Shown: piece after piece, positions 43,508 through 57,771 of the stretch | Position numbering within the stretch: position 1 is the first letter of the stretch | Layout of the letters: every line of letters starts with the position of its first letter | Source of the DNA: the human T2T-CHM13v2.0 reference genome, Homo sapiens | Length of the DNA stretch: 64,000 bases | Assembly (NCBI RefSeq): GCF_009914755.1 | Contig: NC_060948.1 | Reading direction: 5' to 3' (one strand) | Position numbers and translations under genes: made by a program | The notes under the pieces: generated by a model | Told to the model about the DNA's origin: nothing | The model's input: only the letters and a program-made list of their open reading frames with translations | Database searches by the model: none

Positions 43508-46500
43508 GGCCTGGAATAAAGTGGAATGCTACGGTCTCGAATGGAATAAAAATGTATGGAATGGAATGCAATGAAACGGAATCGAATGTCATAGAATGTA
43601 ATGGAATGCAAAAAAATGGAATCCAAAATCATTGACTGGAAAGGCTGGGTGTCGAAAGGAATTGACTCCAATGGAATGGAATCGAATGGAATGGAAGTGA
43701 ATAGAATCGAACTAAATCGAATGGAATGGAATTGATAGGAACGGAATGGAAAGGAATGCAATGATTTGGCACGGAATGGAATCGAATGGCATCGAATGGA
43801 ATGGAATGGAATGCAATGGAATGGAATGTATTAGAATGTAATGAACTTTAATGGAATGTACTCGAATGGATTCGACTGGAATGGAATGTTCTGGAAGTGA
43901 ATGGACTCCAATGGAATGGATTCAAAAGGAATGGAATCGTACGGAATGGAATCTAATGGAATGGAATTAAATGGAAATGAATCAAATTGAATAGCACGGA
44001 ATTGAATTGAATGGAATGGAATGCAATGGAATCTAATGAAACGGAAAGGAAAGGAATGGAATGGAATGGAATGGGCTGGAATGGAAAGGAATCGAAACGA
44101 ATGGAATGGAATCGAAGTGAAGAGACTGGAATGGAATGCACTGGAATGGAAGGGAGTGTAATGGAAGGTTCTCGAAAAAAATGGAATCGAATGGAATGGA
44201 ATTGAATGGAACGGAATAGAGTCGAATGGAATTGAATGGAATGGAATGGACTAGAGTGAAATGGAATCGAACCACAAGGAATGGACAGGAATAGAATGGT
44301 CTCGAATTGAATGGAATCGTATGGAATGGCATCAAACGGAATGGAATGGACAGCCACGGAATGGAATGCACTCGAATGCAATGGAGTCGAAACTAATGGA
44401 CTGGAATAGAATGGACTCGACTGGTACGGACTCCAATGGAATGGAATCGAATGGAAGGGAATGGAACGGAAGGGAATCGAACGGAATGGACTCGAAGGGA
44501 AAAGACTGCAATGGAAAGGTCTCGAATGGAATGGAAATTAATGGAATGGAATGGAATCGAATGAAATGGAGTCAAAAGGAATGGAATCGAATGGCAAGAA
44601 ATCGAATGTAATGGAATCGCCAGGAATTGATGTGAACGGAACGGAATGGAATGGAATCCAAAGGAATGGAATAGAATGGAATGGAATCGAATGGAAAGGA
44701 CTCGAATGGAAATCACTCGAATAGAATGCAATTTAATAAAATAGGATCAAATGTAATGGAATGGAATGGAAAGGAATCGAAACGAAAGGAATGGAGACAG
44801 ATGGAATGGAATGGAACAGAGAGCAATGGTATAGAATGGAATGGAATCATCTGGAATGGAATTGAATTTAATGGAATAATATGAAATGGAATGGAATGGA
44901 ATGGAATGGAATGCCCTTGAATTAAATGGACTGGAATGGAATGGACTCAAACAGAGTGGAATGGAAAGTGTGGAGATAGAATGGAATGAACTCCTTTGGA
45001 ATGGTGTAGTATGCAATGCAATCGACTGGCAGGGAATCAAAAGGAATGTAATCGAATGGATTGGACTGGAATGCAATGGACTCGAATAGATTGGAAACGG
45101 AATGCAAAGGAATGGAATGGAATAGTATGGAATGCAATGGAAGGGAATGGAGTGGAATAGACTAGAGTGGAATGGAATGTACTGGAAAGCAATGGACTGG
45201 AATGGAACTTTCTTGGATGGACTGGAATCAAACGGAATGGAATGCAATGCAATCAAATGGCATGGAATAAAATAGAATGAAAGAGAATCAAATGGAATTG
45301 AATCGAATGGAATCGAATGGATTGGAAAGGAATAGAATGGAATGGAATGGTATTGACTCAAATGGAATGGACTAGAATGGAATGGATTCGAATGGAAGGC
45401 AAAGGAAAGGAATCTATTGGAATGGACTGTAATGGAATGGAATGGAAGGGATTGGAATGGACTCGAATGGAATGGACTGCAATAGAAAGGATTCGAATGG
45501 AATGAAAAAGAATTGAATGGAATAGAACAGAATGGAATCAAATCGAATGAAATGGAATGGAATAGAAAGGAATGGAATGAAATGGAATGGAAAGGATTCG
45601 AATGGAATGCAATCGAATGGAATGGAATCGAACGGAATGGAATAAAATGGAAGAAAACTGGCAAGAAATGGAATCGAAATGAATGGAGTGTTATGGAACG
45701 GACTCAAAAGGAATTGAATGTAACAGAATGGAGTGGAGTGGACTCGAATATAATGGAGTGGAATGGAATGAAATCACATGGAATGGGAACGAATGGAATG
45801 GAATGGAAAGGAATGGAATCGAATGGAAAGGAATCGAATGGAAGGTAATGAAATTGAATCAACAGGAATGGAAGGGAATAGAATAGACTGTAATGGAATG
45901 GACTCGAATAGAATGGACACGAATGCTCAAATTAAATGGACTCGAATGGAATGGAAACGAAAGGAATGTCATCGAATGGAATTGAATCGATTGGAATGAA
46001 ATCGCATAGAATGGAGTGGAATCAAATGGAATTGAATCGAAAGGAAAGGAAGCGAATGGACTGAAATGAAATGGAATGGAATTGAATGGAAAGTAATGCA
46101 ATGGAATAGAATGGAACGAAATTTCACGGAATGGAATCAAACTGAATGGAATCAAATCAATGGAATCAAATCAAATGGAATGGAAAGGAATTGAATGGAG
46201 TAGATGGGATTGGATGGGATTGGAATGAAATGTACTGGAAAGGACTCGAATTTCATGAAACGGAATGGAATGAATTGGAACGGAATGGACTCGAATGGAA
46301 TGGAATGTCATGGGATGGCATCAAATGGAATGGCATCAAATGGAATGGAATCGAATGCAATGGAATGCTATGGAATGGAATGGAATGCATTGGAATGGAA
46401 TGTCCTCTAATGGAATGGATTCGAGTGGAATGGAATTGAATATAATGGAGTCGAATGAAATGGAATTGAAAGGAATGGGATCGAATACAATGGAATATAC

Positions 46501-47081
46501 TGGAATGTAAGGTAATGAACTCGAATGTAATTGACTGGAATGGAATGTACATGAATGGAATGTAATCGAATGGAAAGTAATCCAATGGAATAGAATCTAA
46601 TGCAATAAAATCGACTCAGATAGAGTAGAATGTAATGGAATGGAGTGCAGTGCAATGGAATGGAATGGAATGCAATGGAATGGAATGGAATGGAATGGAA
46701 TGGAATGGAATGGAATGGAATGGAATGGAATGGGATGGAATGGTATGGAATGGATAGTAATGGACTGGAGTGAAATGGACTGGAAAGGAATGGACTCAAA
46801 TTGAAAGGGCTCGAAAGGAATGGAGTCAAATGGAATGGTCTGGAATGGAATGAACACGAATGTAATGCAACCCAATAGAATGGAATCGAATGGCATGGAA
46901 TATAAAGAAATGGAATCGAAGAGAATGGAAACAAATGGAATGGAATTGAATGGAATGGGAACGAATGGAGTGAAATTGTATGCAGTAGAAGAGAATAGAA
47001 TGGAATGCAAGCGAAAGGAAAGGAATGGATTGGAATGGAATGGAATTCATTGGAATGGAAGGGAATGTAGTGTAATGGACA
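43508..47081. repeat. Unit H13, 3574 bp
   Basis: GGCC 43508 to 47082; pure GGAAT tract of 11 copies, the longest I counted. Confidence 0.88.
46677..46731 (+). repeat. Perfect (GGAAT)11 microsatellite tract (example of the variable tract present once per unit)
   Basis: Counted between gcaat (46672-46676) and gggat (46732). Confidence 0.85.
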
Positions 47082-50000
47082 GGCCTGGAATAAAGTGGAA
47101 TGCTACGGTCTCGAATGGAATAAAAATGTATGGAATGGAATGCAATGAAACGGAATCGAATGTCATAGAATGTAATGGAATGCAAAAAAATGGAATCCAA
47201 AATCATTGACTGGAAAGGCTGGGTGTCGAAAGGAATTGACTCCAATGGAATGGAATCGAATGGAATGGAAGTGAATAGAATCGAACTAAATCGAATGGAA
47301 TGGAATTGATAGGAACGGAATGGAAAGGAATGCAATGATTTGGCACGGAATGGAATCGAATGGCATCGAATGGAATGGAATGGAATGCAATGGAATGGAA
47401 TGTATTAGAATGTAATGAACTTTAATGGAATGTACTCGAATGGATTCGACTGGAATGGAATGTTCTGGAAGTGAATGGACTCCAATGGAATGGATTCAAA
47501 AGGAATGGAATCGTACGGAATGGAATCTAATGGAATGGAATTAAATGGAAATGAATCAAATTGAATAGCACGGAATTGAATTGAATGGAATGGAATGCAA
47601 TGGAATCTAATGAAACGGAAAGGAAAGGAATGGAATGGAATGGAATGGGCTGGAATGGAAAGGAATCGAAACGAATGGAATGGAATCGAAGTGAAGAGAC
47701 TGGAATGGAATGCACTGGAATGGAAGGGAGTGTAATGGAAGGTTCTCGAAAAAAATGGAATCGAATGGAATGGAATTGAATGGAACGGAATAGAGTCGAA
47801 TGGAATTGAATGGAATGGAATGGACTAGAGTGAAATGGAATCGAACCACAAGGAATGGACAGGAATAGAATGGTCTCGAATTGAATGGAATCGTATGGAA
47901 TGGCATCAAACGGAATGGAATGGACAGCCACGGAATGGAATGCACTCGAATGCAATGGAGTCGAAACTAATGGACTGGAATAGAATGGACTCGACTGGTA
48001 CGGACTCCAATGGAATGGAATCGAATGGAAGGGAATGGAACGGAAGGGAATCGAACGGAATGGACTCGAAGGGAAAAGACTGCAATGGAAAGGTCTCGAA
48101 TGGAATGGAAATTAATGGAATGGAATGGAATCGAATGAAATGGAGTCAAAAGGAATGGAATCGAATGGCAAGAAATCGAATGTAATGGAATCGCCAGGAA
48201 TTGATGTGAACGGAACGGAATGGAATGGAATCCAAAGGAATGGAATAGAATGGAATGGAATCGAATGGAAAGGACTCGAATGGAAATCACTCGAATAGAA
48301 TGCAATTTAATAAAATAGGATCAAATGTAATGGAATGGAATGGAAAGGAATCGAAACGAAAGGAATGGAGACAGATGGAATGGAATGGAACAGAGAGCAA
48401 TGGTATAGAATGGAATGGAATCATCTGGAATGGAATTGAATTTAATGGAATAATATGAAATGGAATGGAATGGAATGGAATGGAATGCCCTTGAATTAAA
48501 TGGACTGGAATGGAATGGACTCAAACAGAGTGGAATGGAAAGTGTGGAGATAGAATGGAATGAACTCCTTTGGAATGGTGTAGTATGCAATGCAATCGAC
48601 TGGCAGGGAATCAAAAGGAATGTAATCGAATGGATTGGACTGGAATGCAATGGACTCGAATAGATTGGAAACGGAATGCAAAGGAATGGAATGGAATAGT
48701 ATGTAATGCAATGGAAGGGAATGGAGTGGAATAGACTAGAGTGGAATGGAATGTACTGGAAAGCAATGGACTGGAATGGAACTTTCTTGGATGGACTGGA
48801 ATCAAACGGAATGGAATGCAATGCAATCAAATGGCATGGAATAAAATAGAATGAAAGAGAATCAAATGGAATTGAATCGAATGGAATCGAATGGATTGGA
48901 AAGGAATAGAATGGAATGGAATGGTATTGACTCAAATGGAATGGACTAGAATGGAATGGATTCGAATGGAAGGCAAAGGAAAGGAATCTATTGGAATGGA
49001 CTGTAATGGAATGGAATGGAAGGGATTGGAATGGACTCGAATGGAATGGACTGCAATAGAAAGGATTCGAATGGAATGAAAAAGAATTGAATGGAATAGA
49101 ACAGAATGGAATCAAATCGAATGAAATGGAATGGAATAGAAAGGAATGGAATGAAATGGAATGGAAAGGATTCGAATGGAATGCAATCGAATGGAATGGA
49201 ATCGAACGGAATGGAATAAAATGGAAGAAAACTGGCAAGAAATGGAATCGAAATGAATGGAGTGTTATGGAACGGACTCAAAAGGAATTGAATGTAACAG
49301 AATGGAGTGGAGTGGACTCGAATATAATGGAGTGGAATGGAATGAAATCACATGGAATGGGAACGAATGGAATGGAATGGAAAGGAATGGAATCGAATGG
49401 AAAGGAATCGAATGGAAGGTAATGAAATTGAATCAACAGGAATGGAAGGGAATAGAATAGACTGTAATGGAATGGACTCGAATAGAATGGACACGAATGC
49501 TCAAATTAAATGGACTCGAATGGAATGGAAACGAAAGGAATGTCATCGAATGGAATTGAATCGATTGGAATGAAATCGCATAGAATGGAGTGGAATCAAA
49601 TGGAATTGAATCGAAAGGAAAGGAAGCGAATGGACTGAAATGAAATGGAATGGAATTGAATGGAAAGTAATGCAATGGAATAGAATGGAACGAAATTTCA
49701 CGGAATGGAATCAAACTGAATGGAATCAAATCAATGGAATCAAATCAAATGGAATGGAAAGGAATTGAATGGAGTAGATGGGATTGGATGGGATTGGAAT
49801 GAAATGTACTGGAAAGGACTCGAATTTCATGAAACGGAATGGAATGAATTGGAACGGAATGGACTCGAATGGAATGGAATGTCATGGGATGGCATCAAAT
49901 GGAATGGCATCAAATGGAATGGAATCGAATGCAATGGAATGCTATGGAATGGAATGGAATGCATTGGAATGGAATGTCCTCTAATGGAATGGATTCGAGT

Positions 50001-50645
50001 GGAATGGAATTGAATATAATGGAGTCGAATGAAATGGAATTGAAAGGAATGGGATCAAATACAATGGAATATACTGGAATGTAAGGTAATGAACTCGAAT
50101 GTAATTGACTGGAATGGAATGTACATGAATGGAATGTAATCGAATGGAAAGTAATCCAATGGAATAGAATCTAATGCAATAAAATCGACTCAGATAGAGT
50201 AGAATGTAATGGAATGGAGTGCAGTGCAATGGAATGGAATGGAATGCAATGGAATGGAATGGAATGGAATGGAATGGAATGGAATGGAATGGAATGGGAT
50301 GGAATGGTATGGAATGGATAGTAATGGACTGGAGTGAAATGGACTGGAAAGGAATGGACTCAAATTGAAAGGGCTCGAAAGGAATGGAGTCAAATGGAAT
50401 GGTCTGGAATGGAATGAACACGAATGTAATGCAACCCAATAGAATGGAATCGAATGGCATGGAATATAAAGAAATGGAATCGAAGAGAATGGAAACAAAT
50501 GGAATGGAATTGAATGGAATGGGAACGAATGGAGTGAAATTGTATGCAGTAGAAGAGAATAGAATGGAATGCAAGCGAAAGGAAAGGAATGGATTGGAAT
50601 GGAATGGAATTCATTGGAATGGAAGGGAATGTAGTGTAATGGACA
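47082..50645. repeat. Unit H14, 3564 bp (canonical DYZ1 length)
   Basis: GGCC 47082 to 50646. Confidence 0.88.
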
Positions 50646-53600
50646 GGCCTGGAATAAAGTGGAATGCTACGGTCTCGAATGTAATAAAAATGTATGGAAT
50701 GGAATGCAATGAAACGGAATCGAATGTCATAGAATGTAATGGAATGCAAAAAAATGGAATCCAAAATCATTGACTGGAAAGGCTGGGTGTCGAAAGGAAT
50801 TGACTCCAATGGAATGGAATCGAATGGAATGGAAGTGAATAGAATCGAACTAAATCGAATGGAATGGAATTGATAGGAACGGAATGGAAAGGAATGCAAT
50901 GATTTGGCATGGAATGGAATCGAATGGCATCGAATGGAATGGAATGGAATGCAATGGAATGGAATGTATTAGAATGTAATGAACTTTAATGGAATGTACT
51001 CGAATGGATTCGACTGGAATGGAATGTTCTGGAAGTGAATGGACTCCAATGGAATGGATTCAAAAGGAATGGAATCGTACGGAATGGAATCTAATGGAAT
51101 GGAATTAAATGGAAATGAATCAAATTGAATAGCACGGAATTGAATTGAATGGAATGGAATGCAATGGAATCTAATGAAACGGAAAGGAAAGGAATGGAAT
51201 GGAATGGAATGGGCTGGAATGGAAAGGAATCGAAACGAATGGAATGGAATCGAACTGAAGAGACTGGAATGGAATGCACTGGAATGGAAGGCAGTGTAAT
51301 GGAAGGTTCTCGAAAAAAATGGAATCGAATGGAATGGAATTGAATGGAACGGAATAGAGTCGAATGGAATTGAATGGAATGGAATGGACTAGAGTGAAGT
51401 GGAATCGAACCACAAGGAATGGACAGGAATAGAATGGTCTCGAATTGAATGGAATCGTATGGAATGGCATCAAACGGAATGGAATGGACAGCCACGGAAT
51501 GGAATGCACTCGAATGCAATGGAGTCGAAACTAACGGACTGGAATAGAATGGACTCGACTGGTACGGACTCCAATGGAATGGAATCGAATGGAAGGGAAT
51601 CGAACGGAAGGGAATCGAAAGGAATGGACTCGAAGGGAAAAGACTGCAATGGAAAGGTCTCGAATGGAATGGAAATTAATGGAATGGAATGGAGTCGAAT
51701 GAAATGGAGTCAAAAGGAATGGAATCGAATGGCAAGAAATCGAATGTAATGGAATCGCAAGGAATTGATGTGAACGGAACGGAATGGAATGGAATCCAAA
51801 GGAATGGAATAGAATGGAATGGAATCGAATGGAAAGGACTCGAATGGAAATCACTCGAATAGAATGCAATTTAATAAAATAGGATCAAATGTAATGGAAT
51901 GGAATGGAAAGGAATCGAAACGAAAGGAATGGAGACAGATGGAATGGAATGGAACAGAGAGCAATGGTATAGAATGGAATGGAATCATCTGGAATGGAAT
52001 TGAATGGAATGGAATAATATGAAATGGAATGGAATGGAATGGAATGGAATGCCCTTGAATTAAATGGACTGGAATGGAATGGACTCAAACAGAGTGGAAT
52101 GGAAAGTGTGGAGATAGAATGGAATGAACTCCTTCGGAATGGTCTAGTAGGCAATGCAATCGACTGGCAGGGAATCAAAAGGAATGTAATCGAATGGATT
52201 GGACTGGAATGCAATGGACTCGAATAGATTGGAAACGGAATGCAAAGAATGGAATGGAATAGTATGGAATGGAATGGAAAGGAATGGAGTGGAACAGACT
52301 AGAGTGGAATGGAATGGACTGGAAAGCAATGGACTGGAATGGAACTTTCTTGAATGGACTGGAATCAAACGGAATGGAATGCAATGCAATCAAATGGCAT
52401 GGAATAAAATAGAATGAAAGAGAATCAAATGGAATTGAATCGAATGGAATCGAATGGATTGGAAAGGAATAGAATGGAATGGAATGGAATGGACTCAAAT
52501 GGAATGGACTAGAATGGAATGGATTCGAATGGAAGGCAAAGGAATGGAATCTATTGGAATGGACTGTAATGGAATGGAATGGAAGGGATTGGAATGGACT
52601 CGAATGGAATGGACTGCAATAGAAAGGATTCGAATGGAATGAAAAAGAATTGAATGGAATAGAACAGAATGGAATCAAATCGAATGAAATGGAATGGAAT
52701 AGAAAGGAATGGAATGAAATGGAATGGAAAGGATTCGAATGGAATGCAATCGAATGGAATGGAATCGAACGGAATGGAATAAAATGGAAGAAAACTGGCA
52801 AGAAATGGAATCGAAATGAATGGAGTGTTATGGAACGGACTCAAAAGGAATTGAATGTAATAGAATGGAGTGGAGTGGACTCGAATATAATGGACTGGAA
52901 TGGAATGAAATCACATGGAATGGGAACGAATGGAATGGAATGGAAAGGAATGGAATCGAATGGAAAGGAATCGAATGGAAGGGAATGAAATTGAATCAAC
53001 AGGAATGGAAGGGAATAGAATAGAGGGTAATGGAATGGACTCGAATAGAATGGACACGAATGCTCAAATTGAATGGACTCGAATGGAATGGAAACGAAAG
53101 GAATGTCATCGAATGGAATTGAATCGATTGGAATGAAATCGCATAGAATGGAGTGGAATCAAATGGAATTGAATCGAAAGGAAAGGAAGCGAATGGACTG
53201 AAATGAAATGGAATGGAATTGAATGGAAAGTAATGCAATGGAATAGAATGGAACGAAATTTCACGGAATGGAATCAAACTGAATGGAATCAAATCAATGG
53301 AATCAAATCAAATGGAATGGAAAGGAATTGAATGGAGTAGATGGGATTGGATGGGATTGGAATGAAATGTACTGGAAAGGACTCGAATTTCATGAAACGG
53401 AATGGAATGAATTGGAACGGAATGGACTCGAATGGAATGGAATGTCATGGGATGGCATCAAATGGAATGGCATCAAATGGAATGGAATCGAATGCAATGG
53501 AATGCTATGGAATGGAATGGAATGCATTGGAATGGAATGTCCTCTAATGGAATGGATTCGAGTGGAATGGAATTGAATATAATGGAGTCGAATGAAATGG

Positions 53601-54213
53601 AATTGAAAGGAATGGGATCGAATACAATGGAATATACTGGAATGTAACGTAATGAACTCGAATGTAATTGACTGGAATGGAATGTACATGAATGGAATGT
53701 AATCGAATGGAAAGTAATCCAATGGAATAGAATCTAATGCAATAAAATCGACTCAGATAGAGTAGAATGTAATGGAATGGAGTGCAGTGCAATGGAATGG
53801 AACGGAATGGAATGCAATGGAATGGAATGGAATGGAATGGAATGGAATGGAATGGAATGGAATGGGATGGAATGGTATGGAATGGATAGTAATGGACTGG
53901 AGTGAAATGGACTGGAAAGGAATGGACTCAAATTGAAAGGGCTCGAAAGGAATGGAGTCAAATGGAATGGTCTGGAATGGAATGAACACGAATGTAATGC
54001 AACCCAATAGAATGGAATCGAATGGCATGGAATAGAAAGAAATGGAATCGAAGAGAATGGAAACAAATGGAATGGAATTGAATGGAATGGGAACGAATGG
54101 AGTGAAATTGTATGCAGTAGAAGAGAATAGAATGGAATGCAAGCGAAAGGAAAGGAATGGATTGGAATGGAATGGAATTCATTGGAATGGAAGGGAATGT
54201 AGTGTAATGGACA
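50646..54213. repeat. Unit H15, 3568 bp
   Basis: GGCC 50646 to 54214; first unit of the ctaacggact / gtctagtaggc subfamily. Confidence 0.88.
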
Positions 54214-57200
54214 GGCCTGGAATAAAGTGGAATGCTACGGTCTCGAATGGAATAAAAATGTATGGAATGGAATGCAATGAAACGGAATCGAATGTCATAG
54301 AATGTAATGGAATGCAAAAAAATGGAATCCAAAATCATTGACTGGAAAGGCTGGGTGTCGAAAGGAATTGACTCCAATGGAATGGAATCGAATGGAATGG
54401 AAGTGAATAGAATCGAACTAAATCGAATGGAATGGAATTGATAGGAACGGAATGGAAAGGAATGCAATGATTTGGCATGGAATGGAATCGAATGGCATCG
54501 AATGGAATGGAATGGAATGCAATGGAATGGAATGTATTAGAATGTAATGAACTTTAATGGAATGTACTCGAATGGATTCGACTGGAATGGAATGTTCTGG
54601 AAGTGAATGGACTCCAATGGAATGGATTCAAAAGGAATGGAATCGTACGGAATGGAATATAATGGAATGGAATTAAATGGAAATGAATCAAATTGAATAG
54701 CACGGAATTGAATTGAATGGAATGGAATGCAATGGAATCTAATGAAACGGAAAGGAAAGGAATGGAATGGAATGGAATGGGCTGGAATGGAAAGGAATCG
54801 AAACGAATGGAATGGAATCGAACTGAAGAGACTGGAATGGAATGCACTGGAATGGAAGGGAGTGTAATGGAAGGTTCTCGAAAAAAATGGAATCGAATGG
54901 AATGGAATTGAATGGAACGGAATAGAGTCGAATGGAATTGAATGGAATGGAATGGACTAGAGTGAAATGGAATCGAACCACAAGGAATGGACAGGAATAG
55001 AATGGTCTCGAATTGAATGGAATCGTATGGAATGGCATCAAACGGAATGGAATGGACAGCCACGGAATGGAATGCACTCGAATGCAATGGAGTCGAAACT
55101 AACGGACTGGAATAGAATGGACTCGACTGGTACGGACTCCAATGGAATGGAATCGAATGGAAGGGAATCGAACGGAAGGGAATCGAACGGAATGGACTCG
55201 AAGGGAAAAGACTGCAATGGAAAGGTCTCGAATGGAATGGAAATTAATGGAATGGAATGGAGTCGAATGAAATGGAGTCAAAAGGAATGGAATCGAATGG
55301 CAAGAAATCGAATGTAATGGAATCGCAAGGAATTGATGTGAACGGAACGGAATGGAATGGAATCCAAAGGAATGGAATAGAATGGAATGGAATCGAATGG
55401 AAAGGACTCGAATGGAAATCACTCGAATAGAATGCAATTTAATAAAATAGGATCAAATGTAATGGAATGGAATGGAAAGGAATCGAAACGAAAGGAATGG
55501 AGACAGATGGAATGGAATGGAACAGAGAGCAATGGTATAGAATGGAATGGAATCATCTGGAATGGAATTGAATGGAATGGAATAATATGAAATGGAATGG
55601 AATGGAATGGAATGGAATGCCCTTGAATTAAATGGACTGGAATGGAATGGACTCAAACAGAGTGGAATGGAAAGTGTGGAGATAGAATGGAATGAACTCC
55701 TTTGGAATGGTCTAGTAGGCAATGCAATCGACTGGCAGGGAATCAAAAGGAATGTAATCGAATGGATTGGACTGGAATGCAATGGACTCGAATAGATTGG
55801 AAACGGAATGCAAAGAATGGAATGGAATAGTATGGAATGGAATGGAAAGGAATGGAGTGGAACAGACTAGAGTGGAATGGAATGGACTGGAAAGCAATGG
55901 ACTGGAATGGAACTTTCTTGAATGGACTGGAATCAAACGGAATGGAATGCAATGCAATCAAATGGCATGGAATAAAATAGAATGAAAGAGAATCAAATGG
56001 AATTGAATCGAATGGAATCGAATGGATTGGAAAGGAATAGAATGGAATGGAATGGAATTGACTCAAATGGAATGGACTAGAATGGAATGGATTCGAATGG
56101 AAGGCAAAGGAATGGAATCTATTGGAATGGACTGTAATGGAATGGAATGGAAGGGATTGGAATGGACTCGAATGGAATGGACTGCAATAGAAAGGATTCG
56201 AATGGAATGAAAAAGAATTGAATGGAATAGAACAGAATGGAATCAAATCGAATGAAATGGAATGGAATAGAAAGGAATGGAATGAAATGGAATGGAAAGG
56301 ATTCGAATGGAATGCAATCGAATGGAATGGAATCGAACGGAATGGAATAAAATGGAAGAAAACTGGCAAGAAATGGAATCGAAATGAATGGAGTGTTATG
56401 GAACGGACTCAAAAGGAATTGAATGTAATAGAATGGAGTGGAGTGGACTCGAATATAATGGACTGGAATGGAATGAAATCACATGGAATGGGAACGAATG
56501 GAATGGAATGGAAAGGAATGGAATCGAATGGAAAGGAATCGAATGGAAGGGAATGAAATTGAATCAACAGGAATGGAAGGGAATAGAATAGACGGTAATG
56601 GAATGGACTCGAATAGAATGGACACGAATGCTCAAATTAAATGGACTCGAATGGAATGGAAACGAAAGGAATGTCATCGAATGGAATTGAATCGATTGGA
56701 ATGAAATCGCATAGAATGGAGTGGAATCAAATGGAATTGAATCGAAAGGAAAGGAAGCGAATGGACTGAAATGAAATGGAATGGAATTGAATGGAAAGTA
56801 ATGCAATGGAATAGAATGGAACGAAATTTCACGGAATGGAATCAAACTGAATGGAATCAAATCAATGGAATCAAATCAAATGGAATGGAAAGGAATTGAA
56901 TGGAGTAGATGGGATTGGATGGGATTGGAATGAAATGTACTGGAAAGGACTCGAATTTCATGAAACGGAATGGAATGAATTGGAACGGAATGGACTCGAA
57001 TGGAATGGAATGTCATGGGATGGCATCAAATGGAATGGCATCAAATGGAATGGAATCGAATGCAATGGAATGCTATGGAATGGAATGGAATGCATTGGAA
57101 TGGAATGTCCTCTAATGGAATGGATTCGAGTGGAATGGAATTGAATATAATGGAGTCGAATGAAATGGAATTGAAAGAAATGGGATCGAATACAATGGAA

Positions 57201-57771
57201 TATACTGGAATGTAACGTAATGAACTCGAATGTAATTGACTGGAATGGAATGTACATGAATGGAATGTAATCGAATGGAAAGTAATCCAATGGAATAGAA
57301 TCTAATGCAATAAAATCGACTCAGATAGAGTAGAATGTAATGGAATGGAGTGCAGTGCAATGGAATGGAATGGAATGGAATGCAATGGAATGGAATGGAA
57401 TGGAATGGAATGGAATGGAATGGGATGGAATGGTATGGAATGGATAGTAATGGACTGGAGTGAAATGGACTGGAAAGGAATGGACTCAAATTGAAAGGGC
57501 TCGAAAGGAATGGAGTCAAATGGAATGGTCTGGAATGGAATGAACACGAATGTAATGCAACCCAATAGAATGGAATCGAATGGCATGGAATAGAAAGAAA
57601 TGGAATCGAAGAGAATGGAAACAAATGGAATGGAATTGAATGGAATGGGAACGAATGGAGTGAAATTGTATGCAGTAGAAGAGAATAGAATGGAATGCAA
57701 GCGAAAGGAAAGGAATGGATTGGAATGGAATGGAATTCATTGGAATGGAAGGGAATGTAGTGTAATGGACA
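54214..57771. repeat. Unit H16, 3558 bp
   Basis: GGCC 54214 to 57772. Confidence 0.88.

Noticed and set aside
30510-49238. 305-aa minus-strand ORF repeated six times (and 313-aa ORFs at 5677..6618 and 19851..20792)
   Set aside because: The conservation reflects recent DNA duplication. The frame is broken or shifted in other units and has no recognisable domain.
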